A stretch of DNA of 28,072 nt from Bdellovibrionota bacterium FG-2 (GTDB taxonomy: Bacteria; Bdellovibrionota; UBA1018): assembly GCA_051382305.1 (NCBI GenBank), contig JBBCAV010000125.1, forward strand, positions 1-28,072. Direction: 5' to 3'. Both the position numbers and the translations under genes were made by a program. The notes under the pieces were generated by a model, which was not told the DNA's origin, searched no databases, and saw only the letters and a program-made list of their open reading frames with translations. Below, piece by piece: positions 8,773 through 19,590 of the stretch (its first letter is position 1; every line of letters begins with the position of its first letter).

Positions 8773-9159
8773 ATGGTGCGTTTCACTCAAATGCTAAACG
8801 CCCCAGTGACGCCCATAAATGTAATCGATTCCCAGGAGTCCAACGCACCCATGAAGGACGCAGCGGAGACGGCGCGTGCTTTTAATACGGCGCTCCTCAG
8901 CTCCCAAAGTCTCCTGCAAGGCTCGCAGAATCGAGACATCGGCGCAGAGATTCTGTTTCTGACCAAGACGCCTGGATTCCAAGCCTTATTGCGGTGTATT
9001 CAGAACTACGCCACCACTTCTGGCCTTTCCGAGGTGGCGGCAGCGAGCTCTCTCGTTGAAACATTTAGAAAAATGGACTCGCTTTGGGCGAGTTTAGCGC
9101 TTCAAGAAGGCATTACCCAACTTCGATCAATCATGAACGAGCCAGACCCTCAGAATTAA
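8773..9159 (+). CDS. Hypothetical protein, probably alpha-helical
   Basis: Fills the gap between divergent gcvP and the convergent TonB-like gene; protein-like composition; no family recognised. The start may be ATG 8791. Confidence 0.7.
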   Translation: MVRFTQMLNAPVTPINVIDSQESNAPMKDAAETARAFNTALLSSQSLLQGSQNRDIGAEILFLTKTPGFQALLRCIQNYATTSGLSEVAAASSLVETFRKMDSLWASLALQEGITQLRSIMNEPDPQN

Positions 9160-9169
9160 TTTGGTGGGT

Positions 9170-10075
9170 CTAGGTTCTTAAGATGAACTCCCAGGGAATT
9201 TCTATTTCGCCCTTTTGGTCGATAATCCCCTTGGGTGGGTTTGGAAAGGGTCCCGCCTGCCTAAACGCTCTAGTTGCGGCTTCATCTAAATCATGATTTC
9301 CGGATTCACCCAAAATTTGAACTTTCACAATTTCACCGTGATTATTTAGAACAACCCGAACGCGAGTCACATGATCCATGTCAGAAGCTAATTGACGCCC
9401 TGAGTGATAGAGTTTGACCAACTTCTCGCGCAAAATCGGAACCCAGGCCAGGTCAAGGCGAGTGCGAATTCTTTGGAAATACCCAAAAAAGACATACTCT
9501 CTCGTATTCAGAGCAGTCTTATCACTTTGTTTAAACCCTTTGACATAATCCTCGGCGTTTTGTGGGAGAGCTTCGCTACCGAAGTTCGCCCAACGCGTCG
9601 TATCTCTTCTTGCTTTCTCGATTTCCTGAATTTCCTTTTGCGATGGAATTACCCGAAGCCCCAACCCTACCAAAGGCTTATCGAACCGTTCTGGGCGCAC
9701 CTCCTGGTGCGCCTCTTGAGGCGATTGGGCCTGGGCCCCACCCGCAAGAATGTTTTTTTGTTTTGATACTTTTTCTTCGACGACCCTTTGATTTCGTTCA
9801 CCCAAAAATGCATCCGGCAGTGCCTTCTCGACCCGTTCTCCAATTGAGGTCTGAACAACTTGATGTCTAATTTTTGACTCTTCTTTTGACGCTTCTTGAA
9901 TCTGTTTTATTTTTTCCTTCACAGGCGGTGGGGTAAAGTCCAACTCAACCCAACGTAAATCGTTAGAAAATTGATGAGTTGCCCGCTTTTGAACTAGGGT
10001 GGCACACACCATTATAAAAAGCATGTGCACAACAAAAGACAGACCTATTGAACTTCGCAGTGTTCTAACTCCCAT
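9170..10075 (-). CDS. TonB/TolA-family energy transducer
   Basis: N-terminal TM with S...H (LSFVVHML), charged linker, C-terminal G.I..V.I..ESG...LDEAA..AF..AGPFPNPP. Confidence 0.85.
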   Translation of the reverse strand: MGVRTLRSSIGLSFVVHMLFIMVCATLVQKRATHQFSNDLRWVELDFTPPPVKEKIKQIQEASKEESKIRHQVVQTSIGERVEKALPDAFLGERNQRVVEEKVSKQKNILAGGAQAQSPQEAHQEVRPERFDKPLVGLGLRVIPSQKEIQEIEKARRDTTRWANFGSEALPQNAEDYVKGFKQSDKTALNTREYVFFGYFQRIRTRLDLAWVPILREKLVKLYHSGRQLASDMDHVTRVRVVLNNHGEIVKVQILGESGNHDLDEAATRAFRQAGPFPNPPKGIIDQKGEIEIPWEFILRT

Positions 10076-10116
10076 TGGTTATGTACCACTCTCCAATAGG
10101 TGTTTCGGAAAGAATC

Positions 10117-12699
10117 TTAGTCTTCTTTAAATATTTCGTTCAAGCGAGCTGGTGCGCTGTTCCCGCCCGGCTCCGCGCGAGCCGTCGGCTGTGTGCCTTC
10201 TATAAAGGCTTCCTTAATCGCGCCCGGCCAATTTGAAGGCGCAAGCTTCCCGGTAGCAGCGTCAATATTTTCAAAGACCACACCCTGCGGGACCACAAAA
10301 TCAGTTTCAGGATAAGGCTTTACCGCCTCTTTCATAAAACTCAACCAAATCGGAAGTGCTGCTCGCGCGCCCGTCTCAGAGGGGCCTATCGGCTTATGAC
10401 TATCAAATCCAACCCAGACGCCCGTCACCACCTGAGGCGTAAAGCCCATAAACCAAGCGTCAATAAAGTCGTTCGTAGTTCCCGTTTTTCCCGCCACCGA
10501 ACGACCAAGGCTTTTTGCTTCGTGACCGGTTCCGTAGACCACAACCTCTTTCATTAAGTGAGTCATGACATATGCGACACGCGGATCAAGAAGCTGCTCT
10601 ATTTCTGACACGGCGGCGGGAGTCGCCGATGAAGCGGGCTTTGGTTCCTTCGGATCTTTTAGTTCCTTGCCAACTTTTTCCGCAAAGGCGAGGGATTGTT
10701 CAAGCGCTTGCTGCGGCTGCTGAAGTTTATGCTCCTCCAACACTTTTCCGTCCCGATCGACCACTTTTAGAATGAAGATCGGCTCGATCTTGCGCCCCAG
10801 GCGAGGATAAAGCGCGTAGACTTTCGTGAGATCTATTAGTGAAACGGCGGAACTTCCAAGAGAGATTGAAAGATCTCTCGGAAATACTGAATCAAGTCCC
10901 AACCGCTTAGAGTAATCAATCAAATAGGGAATCTGAATATCTTGAACAATCTTGATTGTGGGTACGTTACGAGACTTAATTAGCGCCTGCCTAAACGTAG
11001 TGTCCCCATAAAATTTGGATTCAAAATTGGCTGGCTTCCATTTTCCAGTCTCCGCATCATCATAGGTTAACGGAGCATCAACAATGATGGACGCTGGGGT
11101 GTATCCCTTTTCTAAAGCCGCAGTATAAATAATAGGCTTAAAGGAGGACCCTGGCTGTAGTTGGGCTTGAATGGCACGATTAAACTCGGACAAAGAATAA
11201 TCATAACCACCCTCCATGGCGAGGACAGCTCCAGTTCCAACATCCATCGAAAAAAGTGCTGACTGTACTTGTGGAATTTGATCGAGCGCGACCACCACGC
11301 TCTTTTCTGAGGCACTCACAACCTTAACAAGAATCACATCCCCCCGCACTAAGACGCGAGAAGGTACTGAGGGTTCTGGCCGTGCTACAGTTGGATTCTT
11401 CTCGTCACGCGCTGGGCGCGCCCACTTCATTTTATCAAGCGGCAGTTCCGCCTTAATCACGCCAAGTAAAACGGTTGCGAACTTTCGTTTATCGTCAACA
11501 CTCGAAACCACCCCCTCGTAGGCTTCACCGACGCTAAGAAGATTAAGATCTCCTTTGATTCCACTTTTCTGAAACGCCTCAAGTGTATCTAAACGTCCAT
11601 CCGGAAGTAAAAGCTGGTAGGGCACCTTCGTTCTTATGATCTCAACCCGCTGTTGCGTTAGAAACTCCTCGATTTCGGCATTGGATTTCAAGCGTTTGAG
11701 CGGCCCTCGATAACCATCTCGTTTATCCACAGCCGCAAGTCCATCACGAACACTTTTTGATGCAGCTTGCGCAAGGGATTTTTTCAAGGGAACAAACACA
11801 GTCAAACCGTCTTCGTATACCGTCTTTTCTCCATATTTCTGTAGAAGATACCTTCGAATGTGCTCGACGTAATAGGAGGCAAACTTCGCATTGACGTCCT
11901 CGTTGCGATAAATTTTAACCGGGAACGCCGCAGCCTCGTTGAATTGGGCTTGAGTAATGAAGTTATTTTCAAACATTCGGCGCAGAACATACAATTGACG
12001 TTCTTTTGCCTTCTTGGGATTATGAACTGGGCTATATTTTCCCGGCGCTTGCGGCAGTCCCGCAAGAAGGGCTGCTTCGGCCAACGTTATTTGGGAGACA
12101 TCTTTTCGGAAATAGATTCGAGACGCCGCCTGAACGCCATAGGTACTATGGCCGAGATAGATTTGGTTGAGATAGAGATAGAGGATCTGTTGCTTAGTGA
12201 GGTGTTTCTCCATCTTTTCCGCGATGAAGATTTCTTTGATCTTCCGAATAATACTTTTTTCAGAGGTTAGGAGAAGTGATTTTGCTACCTGCTGAGTAAT
12301 CGTACTTCCGCCTTGAGCAAACCGACCCGCCTTAAAATTTGCGATGCTCGCCCGCAATAAACTTACAAAATTTACCCCCGTATGTTGAAAAAACTGATCG
12401 TCCTCAGCGGAAATAAATGCGCGGATAAGAACTTCTGGAATTTTATCGTAGGGAACGATGTAACGTATAACTTCATTATAGAACTCGCCAATAACGAGAT
12501 CATCGGGATTCGCCTTGGGTGTCTCGGGCGCTGATAGCACTTTGGTAACGATCGGGGGACGATAATCCGCAACCGTCATAATTTTGGGAAGCGACTTCGA
12601 GAAATGCCAAAAGAGAATGGCGGCAGTAGCACACCCCAACACCGAAGCCGTTGCTGAAAATATTAAAATCGCTCGAAACACACCTGATGCTTTTTTCAT
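10117..12699 (-). CDS. mrcA: Class A penicillin-binding protein 1A (glycosyltransferase, OB insert, transpeptidase)
   Basis: N-terminal TM; GT motifs EDDQFFQHTG, GGSTITQQVAK, RKIKE, YLNQIYLG; TP motifs SSFK, SRN, KTGT. Confidence 0.95.
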   Translation of the reverse strand: MKKASGVFRAILIFSATASVLGCATAAILFWHFSKSLPKIMTVADYRPPIVTKVLSAPETPKANPDDLVIGEFYNEVIRYIVPYDKIPEVLIRAFISAEDDQFFQHTGVNFVSLLRASIANFKAGRFAQGGSTITQQVAKSLLLTSEKSIIRKIKEIFIAEKMEKHLTKQQILYLYLNQIYLGHSTYGVQAASRIYFRKDVSQITLAEAALLAGLPQAPGKYSPVHNPKKAKERQLYVLRRMFENNFITQAQFNEAAAFPVKIYRNEDVNAKFASYYVEHIRRYLLQKYGEKTVYEDGLTVFVPLKKSLAQAASKSVRDGLAAVDKRDGYRGPLKRLKSNAEIEEFLTQQRVEIIRTKVPYQLLLPDGRLDTLEAFQKSGIKGDLNLLSVGEAYEGVVSSVDDKRKFATVLLGVIKAELPLDKMKWARPARDEKNPTVARPEPSVPSRVLVRGDVILVKVVSASEKSVVVALDQIPQVQSALFSMDVGTGAVLAMEGGYDYSLSEFNRAIQAQLQPGSSFKPIIYTAALEKGYTPASIIVDAPLTYDDAETGKWKPANFESKFYGDTTFRQALIKSRNVPTIKIVQDIQIPYLIDYSKRLGLDSVFPRDLSISLGSSAVSLIDLTKVYALYPRLGRKIEPIFILKVVDRDGKVLEEHKLQQPQQALEQSLAFAEKVGKELKDPKEPKPASSATPAAVSEIEQLLDPRVAYVMTHLMKEVVVYGTGHEAKSLGRSVAGKTGTTNDFIDAWFMGFTPQVVTGVWVGFDSHKPIGPSETGARAALPIWLSFMKEAVKPYPETDFVVPQGVVFENIDAATGKLAPSNWPGAIKEAFIEGTQPTARAEPGGNSAPARLNEIFKED

Positions 12700-13673
12700 T
12701 TCGAGCCTCCTTGAATATCACTCGGATTATCACTCGACAAACCCACTAACGCACGTAGTGCGTTCCGATTCTTCAGAACAACTTTTTTTCCATCAAAAAC
12801 CGCTTCATTTCTTTTTTCAAAGTCATCCTTACCAATTCCTATCAGGTCCGGCTTAAGGATGAGGTCTACCGAAGCGTCTATCGCCATATCGCTAAGGTTA
12901 ACATAAACGATGGGACCCTCAGCTCCCTCTCGGATGTTCCCGAGCACCGCGTTCAATTCAACGAGGGCGCATCTTGATTTACTTAATGGCCCCAGGGCAC
13001 AAATAAGGTTTGGAACGGCAGCACCGTGGTCAATTACAGCTGCTGGCTGGTCGCTCTTTGGCTGAAGTGCTAATTTCATCGGAATCTTAAATTGAGAAAG
13101 ATCCTTAGTCCCAAAAATAGCAGCCAACGCTCCCTCGAACCGTTTGGATTTCGACTTCGTCTCAAAGAGACTCGAGACGAGGCCTTCTTCCTTATGAAAG
13201 AGGTCTGCCTTAAATTTAATAAGCGCCCATTCAAAATGATTAATGTTCCCATCTGTCGCATAAAGCGCCCCAATCAAGGCACCCACTTCAACGCCTACAA
13301 TCATCCCAATTGGAATTTTTTCTTCCTGAAGTGCCTTAATAACTCCTGCAGAGGCAAAGCCTCGCGCGGCTCCAGGCCCCAAAACGAGGACAATGGGTCG
13401 AACACTTGGGGGTTGCGGCCCATAAGTGTTTTCCGGTGTAGGAGAACTCGTGATCGCTGGCTCGGGTGGCCCGAACGCCTCTGGAGGTCCAAAAGGTTGA
13501 GGCAGGGGTGAAGCGGTGGGTTGCGCTGATATATTTGCCTGGGCCACACCTGTGTCTTCATGGTGTTGCGCATTTCGCTTTGTCGTTGCACAGGCCGAAA
13601 GGAGTGCGGACACCAGGACCAGGTGGACAGTCAGTTTTGCGATTGTGAGGTGGGATCGAACGACGTATTTCAT
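12696..13673 (-). CDS. Patatin-like (phospholipase-fold) lipoprotein with a degenerate active site
   Basis: Lipobox LSAC (Cys28), Pro-rich linker, IVLVLGPGAARGFASAGVIKAL and IVGVEVGALIGALYA matching patatin blocks I and II. The nucleophile Ser is replaced by Glu and no DGG motif is present. Confidence 0.8.
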   Translation of the reverse strand: MKYVVRSHLTIAKLTVHLVLVSALLSACATTKRNAQHHEDTGVAQANISAQPTASPLPQPFGPPEAFGPPEPAITSSPTPENTYGPQPPSVRPIVLVLGPGAARGFASAGVIKALQEEKIPIGMIVGVEVGALIGALYATDGNINHFEWALIKFKADLFHKEEGLVSSLFETKSKSKRFEGALAAIFGTKDLSQFKIPMKLALQPKSDQPAAVIDHGAAVPNLICALGPLSKSRCALVELNAVLGNIREGAEGPIVYVNLSDMAIDASVDLILKPDLIGIGKDDFEKRNEAVFDGKKVVLKNRNALRALVGLSSDNPSDIQGGSK

Positions 13674-14404
13674 TCTTTCATTTTCCAGTGAGCCAAAAAC
13701 TCACAGTTACCGTTTGTTCCTGTAATTGGAGATTCTATCAAGCCCTTTCGAATGAAGCCAAGGGATTCAGCATAATTTGTAATTGTCGCCACCACCTCAA
13801 GTCGGTCCGTTTCACTCCGAATAATTCCCCCTTTTCCAACTTTCTCTTTTCCAACCTCAAACTGGGGTTTTATCAGTGTAATCCAATCCGTTTTCTGCGT
13901 TGAAAAAAGGCGAAGCGGCCCTAAAAGCATTTGGAGAGAAATAAATGAAACATCAATAACGATAAGGTCCACTACCTCGCCTATCCAATCAAATTCGGCG
14001 TAGCGAGCGTTCTTGCCTTCATAGACTACCACCCGTGGGTCTGTGCGGATCCTCCAATCAAGCTGGTTATGACCGACGTCAAGAGCATGGACCTTTGTGG
14101 CCCCCCTCATGAGTAGAACCTGAGTAAAGCCGCCGGTTGACGCCCCAACATCCAAGGCCGTCTGCCCTTCCACTGGACACTGAAAACGATCTAAGGCGGC
14201 TACGAGTTTTATTGCACCTCGTGAAACGTATTGGGATTTATCGCCTCGAATTCTAATGGGTAAATCTACTTGAATGGGTGTGCCCGCTTTTGTAACGGGG
14301 GTGTCATTTACGAGAACATCTCCACTGAGAATGAGCGCTTGTGCCTTTTGTCGGCTTACTGCGAAGCCCTGCTCTACTAAGAGTAAGTCCAGACGCTTCT
14401 TCAT
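13670..14404 (-). CDS. tlyA: TlyA family rRNA (cytidine-2'-O)-methyltransferase
   Basis: S4 domain KKRLDLLLVEQG, YVSRGA.KL, LDVGASTGGFT, DVSFISL, LIKPQFE, SPITG..GN.EFL. Confidence 0.96.
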   Translation of the reverse strand: MKKRLDLLLVEQGFAVSRQKAQALILSGDVLVNDTPVTKAGTPIQVDLPIRIRGDKSQYVSRGAIKLVAALDRFQCPVEGQTALDVGASTGGFTQVLLMRGATKVHALDVGHNQLDWRIRTDPRVVVYEGKNARYAEFDWIGEVVDLIVIDVSFISLQMLLGPLRLFSTQKTDWITLIKPQFEVGKEKVGKGGIIRSETDRLEVVATITNYAESLGFIRKGLIESPITGTNGNCEFLAHWKMKE

Positions 14405-14664
14405 TAAGTTCGTATGTTTGCAGAAAATGGCTTGAGTTCCGGGTTTCCGGAGGCATCCTTCGTTAGAAGTTCGACTCGTTTTTCAGCTGCAGCCAAATAG
14501 CTTTCACACGCCCGAGTTAGCTTGACTCCGTCTTCGAATTTTTGGAGCGCGTCTTCAAGACTCAGCTCTCCACTTTCAAGTTTCTTCACCGTATCTTGCA
14601 AAAGGGCGAGCGACTGCTCGAAGCTCATGGTTACTTCATCTTTTTTAGGGTTTTCATTTTCCAT
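14404..14664 (-). CDS. xseB: Exodeoxyribonuclease VII small subunit
   Basis: SFEQSL..L...V.KLESGELSLEDAL.KFEDGVKL...C...L..AE.RV..L. Start is ATG 14664 or 14628. Confidence 0.93.
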   Translation of the reverse strand: MENENPKKDEVTMSFEQSLALLQDTVKKLESGELSLEDALQKFEDGVKLTRACESYLAAAEKRVELLTKDASGNPELKPFSANIRT

Positions 14665-14689
14665 AATGAGTAAAGTCTTAGCACAGTGA

Positions 14690-16729
14690 CTATTGGGGGC
14701 CAATTACGTTTACGACCCCTGGTGAGGCGAAAAATAATTCAGAGTAGCGTATTTTCTTTGCACGATCTTCCAAATTTATAAGACCTAGCCCTTCTGGCAA
14801 CTGTACAGCAACCACCCGAGCAGACTCCGCTCTCATAGGCTCACGACTCATAAGCTGCCCCGTAGGCGACAGAAGATAGGTCTCCGAAGTTAAGGCTGGC
14901 GCTTCACTCAGAGACCGAACGACCGGGAATAGCTCGCCTTCTCCTCTGAACTTAACAAGCTCTGGAAAGGCCGCCACAAGAAGTCCACTTTGTTCGCTCA
15001 CGCCGCCTTCGAGGCTCGAAACCCAGGACCTTATTTGATCAATTCCAAACTGGTAGAGGGTGACCGCTTCGTTTGCCGCCGCGCTTGAACGAAGAAGAAT
15101 CTGACTTCTGTGGACGGCCCCATTTTCACTTTCAGTCTCAAAAACTAATGGGTATTTTGACGAGGTTAGTAAATGCGAAAAATTGAAGGCGCCCTCCTGA
15201 TCCGTATATACACTTGGCGCAGAACACCCTGGAAGGTTGACCTTGGCTCTGGAAACTGGAAGAACGCCAGACACTTCGGCCGAAATCACTGTTCCGTGAA
15301 TACTCTTTTCGGAGAGACCTCTGAGGTCGACAAAAGTTGCTGATCCTACAAAAACGGGAACACGTACTGCAAACTCACTTACACCCTTCGAATTAATAAG
15401 ACGCAAAATATTTGCGCCTGGCTGAGCATTTAAGAGGACAAAAGTACGCTCTCCTCTCCTCTCTGTGGGTGCGAGGACATTGTGGTTAGAGTCGAAAAGA
15501 AGTGGCTTCTCGGTGCGCCCAGAATACTCGATCAACGCCCCGTCCGGGAGTTCACCATATACGATTCCAGAGGAGCTCTGATAAACCGCCCCCGAAGCAA
15601 GTTCAAGGGTTCTCCTTGAATTCTCCGACAACAATGGAACAGTATCCTCGTGAGTGGAGGCGACCGTAGGAATGTAGCTCTTGGCCCTGAGGACAGTCCA
15701 GATTCCGAAATGTGACTTCTCATCAATCAAAACCTGAGAAATCTGAGTATTCAAACTAAACGCTTCAACATACCTTTTGGATACTCGTCCACCCGTGTTT
15801 TGAACAGCTTGAGTATTCACGTCTAATTTCGTGTTCGTTTGTGGTTGCACCTTGGGCTGAGAAGATTGCGCCGTTAGGGTTGGATATCCAGTTGTAGCAG
15901 ATTTTTGAATCGTTAATTTTGCTCCGGTGGTCGCCACCAGCTCTACCTTATCTTTAGCTCCTGGACTAGATGGTGCCCCATGTTCTGGCTTAGAGAAGTA
16001 GGATGCAAAAAGTTTCTGAACTCGACTGGCTAGTTCTGGATCTTGAACTGCATGATCTGTTGTCGTCGCATTGAAGGGTTTCGGTATTATGTTCTGAGTG
16101 CCAACCTGCGTGTCCACATTAAGTGGACTGACGAGCACTGGCTTTGCGCTTACAGACAGCGGAACGACTGCGGCGGGTTTGATTACTCGCGCTTGAATAC
16201 TCACTACTAGCTTTGCCTTCGTCGCACCTGGGGTGAGCTGAGTATTCAGTCGGACTGCGGCCATCGCCGGCTTTCGCTCTACATCTTTGCTTAAGGCCAC
16301 GAGCTCAAACTCGTTAATCAAGGCCGAATGAATATTCTGTAGTTTCTTCAGCTCCGCTGAAGCATCGCCCTTAACCGCCGCCAACACAGTCTTACGGGCT
16401 GTCCTTGACGTCGCAGAGCGTGAGGTAACGATACGATCCATCTTCGGCGCAGGCTTAGACTTGGGTGTAGCCACGCTCGGACCCGCATTTGCCTCTGCGA
16501 CCACTTTGGGTAACTCAGCAACAAGCGCGGGTGACTTTGCAACCCAACCCCATCGGTCGGATCGAACTACGATCTTATTTTGTTGGTGGTGGTGAACTAT
16601 TTTTTTAGAAGCAAGTATCGCGGTTCCAGCAAATACCAAGGCAAAACTAGCCATTAACGCTTGCGCGCGCGATCGTCCTAAACGCCAAAATAAATTCTGG
16701 GAACTGACTCCGTCCTTGGAAAAGCTCAC
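14690..16729 (-). CDS. Hypothetical membrane-anchored/exported protein, 679 aa
   Basis: N-terminal hydrophobic segment, long A/K/P/T/Q-rich linker, beta-rich C-terminal half including IHGTV......PV..AKV.L.......TDQEGAFNF (carboxypeptidase-regulatory/prealbumin-like pattern). Confidence 0.8.
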   Translation of the reverse strand: MSFSKDGVSSQNLFWRLGRSRAQALMASFALVFAGTAILASKKIVHHHQQNKIVVRSDRWGWVAKSPALVAELPKVVAEANAGPSVATPKSKPAPKMDRIVTSRSATSRTARKTVLAAVKGDASAELKKLQNIHSALINEFELVALSKDVERKPAMAAVRLNTQLTPGATKAKLVVSIQARVIKPAAVVPLSVSAKPVLVSPLNVDTQVGTQNIIPKPFNATTTDHAVQDPELASRVQKLFASYFSKPEHGAPSSPGAKDKVELVATTGAKLTIQKSATTGYPTLTAQSSQPKVQPQTNTKLDVNTQAVQNTGGRVSKRYVEAFSLNTQISQVLIDEKSHFGIWTVLRAKSYIPTVASTHEDTVPLLSENSRRTLELASGAVYQSSSGIVYGELPDGALIEYSGRTEKPLLFDSNHNVLAPTERRGERTFVLLNAQPGANILRLINSKGVSEFAVRVPVFVGSATFVDLRGLSEKSIHGTVISAEVSGVLPVSRAKVNLPGCSAPSVYTDQEGAFNFSHLLTSSKYPLVFETESENGAVHRSQILLRSSAAANEAVTLYQFGIDQIRSWVSSLEGGVSEQSGLLVAAFPELVKFRGEGELFPVVRSLSEAPALTSETYLLSPTGQLMSREPMRAESARVVAVQLPEGLGLINLEDRAKKIRYSELFFASPGVVNVIGPQ

Positions 16730-16737
16730 TGTAAATA

Positions 16738-16767
16738 AGTTTATCCTAAGAACGGCGATTGTGACAA
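16738..16767 (-). promoter_or_regulatory. Possible sigma70 promoter for the 679-aa gene
   Basis: TTGTCA-N18-TAAACT, ending 8 nt before the GTG start; no SD visible. Confidence 0.4.
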
Positions 16768-17193
16768 CTAAGTTTTATCTCCGCCGGAAGATCCGACTTG
16801 CTGCCTTACCAACGCCCGCTGAAGCTTGAGTTGGTATTTGCGAAACCTATGTTCATCGAGAGCCGCGTCACGAAGGGTGTCTTCGGCGAGTTTCTGTGCC
16901 TTTTTCGCTCGATCCAAATCAATCTCTCCGCGAAGCTCAAGCGTTTCGGCCATGACCGTCACATGATTGTCGCTCACATGAAAAAATCCACTCGAGATCG
17001 CTCCAAACGAGATCTCACCATTCTCCAAATGGTAACGAAAAACACCCGTTTCCAGATTGCCGACCATCGGAGCGTGCCCATCAAGAATCTGGAGCTCGCC
17101 CTCGCTCCCCGTCAATGTCAGCTCTTGTATCGCAATCGCGCTCAAGAGCCTTCTCTCTGGAGAAAGAACCGTGAGTTTCAATGGTGTGGTCAC
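16768..17193 (-). CDS. atpC: ATP synthase F1 epsilon subunit
   Basis: L.VLSPER, G.EGEL.IL.GHAP, ISSGFF.V....V.V.AE, IDLDRA..A. Confidence 0.95.
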   Translation of the reverse strand: MTTPLKLTVLSPERRLLSAIAIQELTLTGSEGELQILDGHAPMVGNLETGVFRYHLENGEISFGAISSGFFHVSDNHVTVMAETLELRGEIDLDRAKKAQKLAEDTLRDAALDEHRFRKYQLKLQRALVRQQVGSSGGDKT

Positions 17194-17206
17194 TGCTTAG
17201 CCCTTT

Positions 17207-19587
<2,381 letters not shown>

Positions 19588-19590
19588 GGA

